A stretch of 64,000 bases of DNA, taken from assembly GCA_964603065.1 (NCBI GenBank), contig CAZRTL010000004.1, forward strand, positions 9,686 to 73,685. Reading direction: 5' to 3'. The notes under the pieces were generated by a model. That model did no database searches, had not been told where the DNA came from, and was given only the letters and a program-made list of their open reading frames with translations. This DNA is from Candidatus Woesearchaeota archaeon (GTDB lineage Archaea; Nanobdellota; Nanobdellia; SCGC-AAA011-G17; PNOQ01). Positions 57,140 to 64,000 of this stretch are shown here, one piece after another; the stretch's first letter is position 1, and each line of letters begins with the position of its first letter. The position numbers and the translations under genes were made by a program.

Positions 57140-57903
57140 TTTGTATATTGTCTTACTAATCTTTCGGTTCTATTTTTTATTTTTTCTGCCACTTCCAAAG
57201 GGACTTTTTCTTTAGCCGCCTGATATGAAAAATGAGTATTTAATATGTTGGTATTTTTTAAATTTATATTGGGCCCATATTCTTTTAATAATTGACCTAC
57301 GGTTGTTTGCCATACCTTTGATTCTAATTTAGTAAATAGTCCATTTTTCTCAAAAATTATATCTCCACTAAAGAAATAATCTTGTCTTGGGGGAACTCCC
57401 CAATATTTTCCGTTGACTAAGGCAGGTTTTTCAAAAATAAATCCTTTTTCATAAGGTTTTATTTTTCTATCAAATGAAATTTTTTCTCCACCAAATGTAA
57501 ATGCTTCTTGGGAACTTCTTGGTTTTGTGGACCTGTATCCTTTCAAACTACCTTGAAGGGTACAAAAATCAATATACCCTTCTTTTTCATAAACAAATGA
57601 GTTTACTTCAACTCCTTCCAGATAATTAGTTGCCCAGAATAAGTTAATCTTTCCCTCCTTGAAAGCATTTATTGCTTCCCGTGGCAGTTTACCTTTGAAT
57701 AAATCTTTCCTTAATAATTCACCTAGTTGATTTTTTTCTATTACTACAACCATGTCTATGTCTGATTTTTCTGTTACTGAATAATTCTGACCGAATCCCA
57801 TTGATCCGCCTAGCATTATCCCTTGGACACAATTCTCTAGCGATTTGGAGATTCTTCTGGATATTTCAAGTCTTTTTTCGGTTTCTTTTTTGGAGGCTGT
57901 CAT
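57136..57903 (-). CDS. nucleotidyltransferase-fold (Pol-beta superfamily) protein
   Basis: GGSMGFGQ...SDIDMVVV = GS-x(n)-DxD NTase signature; 255 aa; ATGA overlaps with both neighbours. Confidence 0.5.
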   Translation of the reverse strand: MTASKKETEKRLEISRRISKSLENCVQGIMLGGSMGFGQNYSVTEKSDIDMVVVIEKNQLGELLRKDLFKGKLPREAINAFKEGKINLFWATNYLEGVEVNSFVYEKEGYIDFCTLQGSLKGYRSTKPRSSQEAFTFGGEKISFDRKIKPYEKGFIFEKPALVNGKYWGVPPRQDYFFSGDIIFEKNGLFTKLESKVWQTTVGQLLKEYGPNINLKNTNILNTHFSYQAAKEKVPLEVAEKIKNRTERLVRQYTK

Positions 57904-58643
57904 TTTGCAAATAAATTTTGATAATTCATAAAAATTATTTTTTCCAATTCTTCTTCAGAAATATGTTTTAATTCTGCAATCTTTCTTATTGTTTCTTTTA
58001 TGAAAGAAGGTTCATTTCTTTTTCCTTCGTAAGGAGATAAAAGTGGTGCGTCTGTTTCGGTTAAAATGGATTTTAATTGTATTCTTTTAGCTAATTTTCT
58101 GAAAGTTTTACTCTTAACTATCGTAGCTGGAATTGAAAATAAATATCCAAGTTCTTCTGCTTCTTTGGTTAATTCGGCATTTCCACAAAAACAATGTAAA
58201 ATTACTTTCTTTGCTTCATTTTCTTTTAAGAAATCGATTGTTTCTTTTTCTGCTTTCCAGGAATGGATTATTATGGGTATATCTAAATTTTTTGATAGAT
58301 TAATTAATTTTTTAAAAACTTTTTTTTGTTTTTCTAAATCCTTCCCATATTTTAAATCAAGTCCGATTTCTCCTATTGCTACTGGATTATTTTTCTCTAT
58401 GAATTCTAAGGTTTCGTTTATTTTTTCTTCGGACATTGATTCTGCTTCGGTTGGATATAATCCAAAAGCGGGTTTAACAATATCATATTTTTTTGATAAT
58501 TCTAAAACTTTTTTGTTTTTTTCTAGATTGGTACCGTTAGAAATTATAACCTTAACATTATTTTTTTTAGCTCTTTCTATAACTTCATCTCTATCTTTAT
58601 CAAATTCTTCAAAATCCAAATGGCAATGTACATCCACTATCAT
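57900..58643 (-). CDS. tatD: TatD-family metal-dependent hydrolase/DNase
   Basis: IVDVHCHLDF N-terminus and conserved His/Glu/Asp ladder; 247 aa. Confidence 0.8.
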   Translation of the reverse strand: MIVDVHCHLDFEEFDKDRDEVIERAKKNNVKVIISNGTNLEKNKKVLELSKKYDIVKPAFGLYPTEAESMSEEKINETLEFIEKNNPVAIGEIGLDLKYGKDLEKQKKVFKKLINLSKNLDIPIIIHSWKAEKETIDFLKENEAKKVILHCFCGNAELTKEAEELGYLFSIPATIVKSKTFRKLAKRIQLKSILTETDAPLLSPYEGKRNEPSFIKETIRKIAELKHISEEELEKIIFMNYQNLFAK

Positions 58644-58674
58644 TTTAATTTAGAGAATAAATTGGCTTTATAAA

Positions 58675-59880
58675 TTATATGAAAGGAGAAATTAAAAGAT
58701 TGAATAGCTGTGGTAAAATTAATAGTACCAATAATAATATTAGAATTATATTTGTAAATTTCCAAATTTTCTTGGTTATCATTTCATTTTTAGTTAAATG
58801 CAATATTGCTAGATAGAACATTTTTCCACCATCGAGAATTCCTAATGGTAGAAGATTAAACATTCCAACCCCGAGATTAATCATAAATAACCATGAGAAC
58901 AACATCGTAATCCATATCATTGTTTTTATAAAAAAAGTTCCATACTTTTCTTCTATTTCTGGATTATAAATTTGCTCTTTTGCGGTCAAAAATACACCTA
59001 AATGGGCTTTTCCAGATTCTTCTGTTGATTCAGTCAAAGTTACATAATAAGTTGAGTTTTCTGTTTGTAAAGAAATTTTTTCATTTGGTGAGTACCTATC
59101 TAGTTCTTGTTTAAATTCGTCCAAACTATTTATTGGAACATCATTTATAGCAACAACTGTTTCATTCATTTTTATTCCTGCTTGTTCTGCGGGTCCCCCC
59201 TCTTTTAGACCTGCTATAACCACCCCTGTTTCTTGTAACATATTTCCAACAACGGGACCCAATACAAAACCAAATATCACTAGAGCTATAATTGCGGTAA
59301 TAAAATTAGCAAATGATCCTGCAGATAAAACGGATAATTGAGCTTTTTTTGGGGCTTTTTCCATCGATTTTTCATCCGGCTCTACAAAAGCAGCAGGTAT
59401 TATGGGAAGTACTATTCCAAATAGGGCAAATCCTGAAGATTTAACTTTTATTTTATTTAGCCTAGCAAATACTCCATGAGAAAATTCGTGAACAGAAGCT
59501 AGAATAAAAATTGTGATTATCCAATGAAAGAATGATAATTTGGGAAGCCCGGGAATCGTTTCGACTCCTGGTAATACTAGACCAACTGGAGAAGGCATAT
59601 CTAAGAATAAAAATTCATATGCGCCCTTGAATAAAAAGAATATAATAAATGCCATTCCTAGGTAACCTATTGTTATGGAGACATAACTCAAAATATTAAG
59701 AGACCTAGGAAACTTGCTAGCCAGTTTATCCATTTTATTTAGGCCCAATTTAGTCCGGTAGATAATCATATAGAGAAATGGGAATGCAATTTTTTGTAAT
59801 TCGGTTCTTTTTTTATTTAGTAGCATAACTACCAATAATATCGAACCAAATATTACTAAAAATAATAAGTCATAATTCAT
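58675..59880 (-). CDS. site-2 protease (M50/RseP-like) with PDZ domain
   Basis: HEFSHGVFA HExxH in a TM helix, PDZ-like GGPAEQAGIKMNETVVAINDV, C-terminal LDGG; 401 aa. Confidence 0.75.
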   Translation of the reverse strand: MNYDLLFLVIFGSILLVVMLLNKKRTELQKIAFPFLYMIIYRTKLGLNKMDKLASKFPRSLNILSYVSITIGYLGMAFIIFFLFKGAYEFLFLDMPSPVGLVLPGVETIPGLPKLSFFHWIITIFILASVHEFSHGVFARLNKIKVKSSGFALFGIVLPIIPAAFVEPDEKSMEKAPKKAQLSVLSAGSFANFITAIIALVIFGFVLGPVVGNMLQETGVVIAGLKEGGPAEQAGIKMNETVVAINDVPINSLDEFKQELDRYSPNEKISLQTENSTYYVTLTESTEESGKAHLGVFLTAKEQIYNPEIEEKYGTFFIKTMIWITMLFSWLFMINLGVGMFNLLPLGILDGGKMFYLAILHLTKNEMITKKIWKFTNIILILLLVLLILPQLFNLLISPFI

Positions 59881-59881
59881 T

Positions 59882-60049
59882 TTATTTTGCTTTTCTCAAA
59901 GGTCTGAAAGCTTTACTGCCACATTTTTTGCAAAGTATCTTTCCTTCTATTACTTTTTGCATAGTCGATCTTCGTTTAGATTTACATTTTTTACAAACAA
60001 AAACATTTGCAAAAAGTCTTCTTTGTGTTTCTGGGAATTTTGTTGCCAT
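59882..60049 (-). CDS. rpl40e: ribosomal protein L40e
   Basis: Not in the ORF track. Translation MATKFPETQRRLFANVFVCKKCKSKRRSTMQKVIEGKILCKKCGSKAFRPLRKAK matches the L40e pattern (MARFPEAEARxF...C.KC...N...A..CRKCG...LRPK); 55 aa. Confidence 0.7.
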   Translation of the reverse strand: MATKFPETQRRLFANVFVCKKCKSKRRSTMQKVIEGKILCKKCGSKAFRPLRKAK

Positions 60050-60050
60050 T

Positions 60051-60446
60051 TTATTTTTGTTTTAAAACTTTCTCCCCCATTATTATCCAATAACTTACCT
60101 GGTCCCCTTCTTTTACTTGCCCTTGTAAATCTTCGGGCACATCTAAATCAAAAGTCTCATAGGTTTTCATATCCATTACGTTTGCTTTACTTCCAGATAC
60201 AGATAATACTTGAGCAGATTCTTTTTCTATTATTGGAACTTCAACTTTATCATGGCCCGGATACAACTTAACTTTTTTTGTTCCATCTGTCAAAGATATT
60301 GCTGCTATTCTTGCTTTTGCATGTCCGTGTTTTCCCGTCCTTGAAATATCAATTGAGGATACTTTACAAGCAACATTATCAAAAATGACATATCCTCCAA
60401 CTTTTAAGCTAGAAGCACCTACCACTTTTTTGTCTGAACCTTCCAT
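60051..60446 (-). CDS. aif5a: translation initiation factor 5A (aIF5A)
   Basis: Hypusination loop SRTGKHGHAKARI; 131 aa. Confidence 0.9.
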   Translation of the reverse strand: MEGSDKKVVGASSLKVGGYVIFDNVACKVSSIDISRTGKHGHAKARIAAISLTDGTKKVKLYPGHDKVEVPIIEKESAQVLSVSGSKANVMDMKTYETFDLDVPEDLQGQVKEGDQVSYWIIMGEKVLKQK

Positions 60447-60487
60447 ACAAGAGAAAGAGAAAAAGGGATGTTTATAAAATTTTTGTT

Positions 60488-60826
60488 TTAAAACTTCTTT
60501 AAGGTTTTTATTAATTTATCCACATCTTCTTTCTTTTTTTTAGTTCTAAGGTGTTTTTTCTTTTCTTCTAGCAATTCTACTACTATTGCTTCTAAATATT
60601 TTATTCTTACTTTTGATTCTCGCAGATCCTTGGATAGTTGTGCTAGGGAAATCCATAGCTGAGCTATTTTTTGATCTTTAGCTAAAACAATATCCTCTTT
60701 GTATTCTGCAGAACCCTTTATTACCTTATCAAGATGCAACTTTAAAGGAGATTTTATATTTTCTCGCCAATTTGCCATGAAAGAGGGAATTGAGGAAAAC
60801 TTATATAGCTTTTTAATATAACTCAA
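60488..60826 (-). CDS. hypothetical coiled-coil protein
   Basis: 112 aa ORF. Confidence 0.3.
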   Translation of the reverse strand: MSYIKKLYKFSSIPSFMANWRENIKSPLKLHLDKVIKGSAEYKEDIVLAKDQKIAQLWISLAQLSKDLRESKVRIKYLEAIVVELLEEKKKHLRTKKKKEDVDKLIKTLKKF

Positions 60827-60873
60827 TTTTATAATTAGTAAACTTTAAATAAAGTATTAGTTCTCGTTTTCCT

Positions 60874-61548
60874 ATGGTTAAGATAAAGAAAGGCGACTTC
60901 ATAGAGTTAGATTACACTGGTAAGTTAGATAATGATAGAATTTTTGATACTAGTGTGAAGGAAGTTGGAGAAAAAGAGGGAATAAATAAATCTAAATATG
61001 AACCCTTAATAATTTGTGTAGGCGAAGGCCAAGTAATCAAAGGTTTGGATAAACAGCTAGAAGGGAGCGAAACTGAAAAAGATTATACTTTCAACATTGG
61101 ATCAGAAGAAGCTTATGGGAAAAAAGATGCTAAATTGATAAGAGTTGTTTCAAGATCATTATTCACAAAACAAAAATTAAACCCCTACCCAGGGATGCAA
61201 ATAAATGCAGAGAATATGATGGGCGTTGTTAGGAGTGTTTCCGGGGGAAGAATTTTTGTAGATTTTAACCATCCTTTGGCTGGAAGAGATTTAATTTTTG
61301 AGGTAAAAATAAAAAGAATTCTTGAAGATGCTAAGGAAAAAGTTGAAAATTTGTTGGGAGCCATGTTAAGGATGGACCCTTCTAAATATAATTTGGAAAT
61401 TGAAGGTAAGAAGCTAAAAATAAAGAGCGAAATTAATCTTCCAGATGTTTTTTTAAATATTATTAAAGAAAAGATTCCTAAATTGATACCAGAAATTAAT
61501 TCTATCGAGTTTATAGAGGAAAAAAGTAAAGCAACTACTTCAGAATAA
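60874..61548 (+). CDS. FKBP-type peptidyl-prolyl cis-trans isomerase (SlyD-like)
   Basis: MVKIKKGDFIELDYTGKLDNDRIFDTS FKBP N-terminus plus IF-domain insertion; 224 aa. Confidence 0.8.
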   Translation: MVKIKKGDFIELDYTGKLDNDRIFDTSVKEVGEKEGINKSKYEPLIICVGEGQVIKGLDKQLEGSETEKDYTFNIGSEEAYGKKDAKLIRVVSRSLFTKQKLNPYPGMQINAENMMGVVRSVSGGRIFVDFNHPLAGRDLIFEVKIKRILEDAKEKVENLLGAMLRMDPSKYNLEIEGKKLKIKSEINLPDVFLNIIKEKIPKLIPEINSIEFIEEKSKATTSE

Positions 61549-61589
61549 TTAACTTTATATATTGATATCATTTCCCCCAAATATCACGA

Positions 61590-62717
61590 TTGAAGGGGTT
61601 TAAGATGGAAAGCTTTATTGAAAATGCAAGGTCTGTTGATTCGATTTCTAGGGCACTGCCCGAAAAATTGAGTAATATTGATGAGGAGTTGGAGTCTTTA
61701 ATTTCTACACAAAAAGCTAAAATAAAAGTTATTGGTGCCGGAGGTGCTGGTAATAATACTATTAATAGAATTTCTGAAGTGGGTATTGCGGGTGCACAAA
61801 CTGTTGCAATCAATACTGATGCTCAAGACTTGTTATATACTAATGCTAATACTAAAATTTTGATTGGAAAAGAGCTTACTCAAGGACTAGGAGCTGGAAG
61901 TGTTCCTCAAGTGGGGGAAGAAGCTGCTAGAGAGAGTGAACATGAAATTAGAGATGCTATGAAAGGAGCAGATATGATTTTTGTTACTTGTGGTCTTGGT
62001 GGTGGAACGGGTACAGGAAGTGCTCCTGTTGTTGCAGATATTGCTAAGAAACTAGGTATACTTACTGTAGGGATTGTTACAATTCCTTTTGAAATGGAAG
62101 GTCAAAGAAGGTATGAAAATGCTATTATTGGTTTAGAAAAATTAGAAAGTATTGTTGATACTTTGATTGTTATTCCAAATGATAAATTATTGGATTTAGC
62201 ACCGGATCTGCCTTTACATACTTCTTTTAAGGTTGCAGATGAGATTTTAACTAACGCTGTAAAAGGTATAGCTGAATTGGTTACAAAAGCAGGTTTAGTT
62301 AACTTGGATTTTGCTGATATTAAGACTGTTATGGGGAAGGGAGGTGCTGCTTCTATTGGTGTTGGCGAATCTGATAGTGAAAATAGAGCGATGGAAGCTG
62401 TTGAACATGCAATAAACAATCCGTTGCTTGATGTTGATATAACTGGAGCGGATGGTGCCCTAATTAACATTGTAGGTGGCTCTGATATGTCTTTGGCGGA
62501 GGCAAAAGGGGTCGTTGAAAGTGTTTCTCAGAGGTTGGATGAAGACGCTAAGATTATTTGGGGAGCGCAAATTTCTGAAGACATGGATAAAACACTTAGA
62601 GTAATGTTAATTGTAACAGGTGTTCAAAGTCCTCAAATATTTGGTCACAAGAATATTCCATCTGATAAGAAAAGAAAAGATATTGAGAATGAGCTTGGAA
62701 TAGAGTTTGTAGATTAA
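61590..62717 (+). CDS. ftsZ: cell division GTPase FtsZ
   Basis: GGGTGTG tubulin signature, T7 loop; 375 aa. Confidence 0.9.
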   Translation: MKGFKMESFIENARSVDSISRALPEKLSNIDEELESLISTQKAKIKVIGAGGAGNNTINRISEVGIAGAQTVAINTDAQDLLYTNANTKILIGKELTQGLGAGSVPQVGEEAARESEHEIRDAMKGADMIFVTCGLGGGTGTGSAPVVADIAKKLGILTVGIVTIPFEMEGQRRYENAIIGLEKLESIVDTLIVIPNDKLLDLAPDLPLHTSFKVADEILTNAVKGIAELVTKAGLVNLDFADIKTVMGKGGAASIGVGESDSENRAMEAVEHAINNPLLDVDITGADGALINIVGGSDMSLAEAKGVVESVSQRLDEDAKIIWGAQISEDMDKTLRVMLIVTGVQSPQIFGHKNIPSDKKRKDIENELGIEFVD

Positions 62718-62777
62718 TTTTTTTTATTTAATTAATTTTACATAGGTTTTATTAAATAGTTATAAACCTCTTAAATT

Positions 62778-63077
62778 ATGATATGTCCTAAAAACTTGAG
62801 GGAACTTTTAGTTCGCATAGATCCAAAGATATCGAATGGTGAAGAAAAATATTATATTGATGATGTCAAAAGGGATTTGGTTGAGCATATGGGACATTGT
62901 CCCGAATGTAAACAGAGTTATGTTAAGTATATTATCGAATTGACTTTGAGCGATCTTTATAGGAGCGAAGTTATTCAGGGATCTTGTTGGGGTTCAAGGG
63001 AAACTGCTTTGAAAATCTTAGAAGATAAGTTGGATTATTCTTTATTAAATATCAGGCCTTTTGATAGTGTAAAATGA
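62778..63077 (+). CDS. hypothetical small Cys/His-containing protein
   Basis: 99 aa with a HCPEC motif. Confidence 0.3.
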   Translation: MICPKNLRELLVRIDPKISNGEEKYYIDDVKRDLVEHMGHCPECKQSYVKYIIELTLSDLYRSEVIQGSCWGSRETALKILEDKLDYSLLNIRPFDSVK

Positions 63078-63667
63078 TAAAGGAAGAATTTGAAAAAAAG
63101 AAAAAAATTATTCAGAATAGATTAAAGGAATTTTCTGAAATTGATGAAAAAGACTATTTTTACGAATTATGTTTTTGTTTATTGACTCCTGGCTCGAAAG
63201 CAAGACAAGCAGAGAAGGTTATTGATTTTTTGAAGAAAGAAGATTTTGAAAATAAATCTATTAAATTTGGTGATGAATTAAAAAAAGTTAGATTTCATAA
63301 TAATAAAAGAAGAAATTTAGTTGAAATGAAAGAGAAATATTCTGAAATTTTTAATAAATTGAATGGGGAGAACGATAATTTAAGATTAAGAGAATATTTA
63401 GTTAAAAATGTTCGTGGACTAGGATATAAAGAAGCTAGTCATTTTTTGAGAAATATTGGAAGAAAAAATTTAGTTATTTTGGATAGACATATCCTAAAAA
63501 ATATGGTCACGTCTGGAGCCTTGGATAAAATTCCCCATTCATTGAGTAGGAAAAGTTATTTGGAAATTGAGAGAAAATTCAAGAAATTGGCTAAAGAGAG
63601 TAGTATTTCTGTAGATGAATTAGATTTGTTATTTTGGAGTTTTGAAACAGGCGAAGTTTTTAAGTAG
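63074..63667 (+). CDS. ogg: 8-oxoguanine DNA glycosylase/lyase, archaeal Ogg2-like (HhH-GPD)
   Basis: HhH RGLGYKEASHFLRNIG with catalytic Lys, followed by an Asp (ILDRH); 197 aa. Confidence 0.7.
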   Translation: MIKEEFEKKKKIIQNRLKEFSEIDEKDYFYELCFCLLTPGSKARQAEKVIDFLKKEDFENKSIKFGDELKKVRFHNNKRRNLVEMKEKYSEIFNKLNGENDNLRLREYLVKNVRGLGYKEASHFLRNIGRKNLVILDRHILKNMVTSGALDKIPHSLSRKSYLEIERKFKKLAKESSISVDELDLLFWSFETGEVFK

Positions 63668-63730
63668 AAACCTTTATAAATCTAGTAAAAGCAACATTTT
63701 TAAATTCTTAATTATCAAAGAACCTAGAGA

Positions 63731-63925
63731 ATGGAGCACGAAAAACAAAGTTTCGGATCAAAAGCAAAGAGTTTTTATCTGAAAAATAAGAGAGTATTGA
63801 AAATCACGAGGAAACCTAATAAAGAGGAATTTAAGATAACCTTAAAGGTGGCCGGATTAGGTACTCTTTTAATAGGATTTATTGGTTTCATAATTTACAT
63901 GGTAGGAGCACTAATAACAAAATGA
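63731..63925 (+). CDS. secE: preprotein translocase subunit SecE (Sec61-gamma)
   Basis: Single C-terminal TM GLGTLLIGFIGFIIYMVGALI after a basic N-terminus; followed by the Spt5 start. Confidence 0.7.
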   Translation: MEHEKQSFGSKAKSFYLKNKRVLKITRKPNKEEFKITLKVAGLGTLLIGFIGFIIYMVGALITK

Positions 63926-64000
63926 GCGAAGAAGAAAGAACATATATTTTTGCTTTGAGAACCACTGCAAATAGGGAAGATCAAGTATTAGATTTTGTAG
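63922..64000 (+). CDS. spt5: transcription elongation factor Spt5/NusG, 5' fragment (window edge)
   Basis: MSEEERTYIFALRTTANREDQVLDFV NGN-domain start; conserved SecE-Spt5 synteny. Confidence 0.55.
   Translation, partial: MSEEERTYIFALRTTANREDQVLDFV

Noticed and set aside
1-64000. CRISPR arrays, rRNA genes, transposases or IS elements
   Set aside because: No regularly spaced direct repeats, no long conserved non-coding GC-rich RNA genes and no transposase or integrase-like ORFs were found on either strand.

Overview
This is a 64 kb window of a very AT-rich, gene-dense genome (about 30% GC by eye). The gene content indicates a small archaeon, plausibly a DPANN-type episymbiont. Evidence for that call: archaeal-type AspRS, ProRS and LeuRS; a short AlaRS; TFE; aIF5A; ribosomal proteins L15e and L40e; the L1-P0-P1 stalk operon; Orc1/Cdc6; a SecE-Spt5 pair; FtsZ; a Taw1 radical-SAM enzyme; and short intergenic regions with AT-rich TATA boxes. 

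Backbone genes include six aminoacyl-tRNA synthetases (Cys, Asp, Asn, Pro, Ala, Leu), an XPD helicase, TldD, a P-type ATPase, ribosomal proteins and translation factors, and DNA repair enzymes (AlkD-like, Ogg, TatD). There are two clean tRNAs, Arg(TCG) and Cys(GCA), plus one tRNA-like gene carrying a roughly 48-nt insertion. 

Accessory content is as follows. 
- A conserved ~40-45 bp promoter module occurs five times. It is an 18-bp core, ATCTTGTCAGCTTGCCAY, followed by a TATA box at fixed spacing. Each copy lies directly upstream of a nuclease-type or selfish-looking gene: one PIN toxin, three divergent free-standing LAGLIDADG proteins with HTH extensions, and a cluster of tiny overlapping ORFs. 
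- A pair of 48-bp direct repeats flanks an Lrp-type regulator cassette. 
- A ~700 bp island of higher GC encodes a eukaryote-like PHPT1/Janus phosphohistidine-phosphatase homolog. 
- A pyruvoyl-type PanD is present. 
- A secreted module contains a Cys-rich protein, a papain-like protease and a transglutaminase-like protein. 
- A CARDB surface protein with an LPTG-TM-RKRR tail sits next to an exosortase/archaeosortase-like membrane protein. 
- A block from about 51.3 to 56.2 kb runs from Hsp20 and Orc1/Cdc6 through the phosphoesterases. 

No CRISPR array, rRNA or obvious transposase was seen. All calls rest on reading motifs in the supplied translations and the DNA; no database search was possible.
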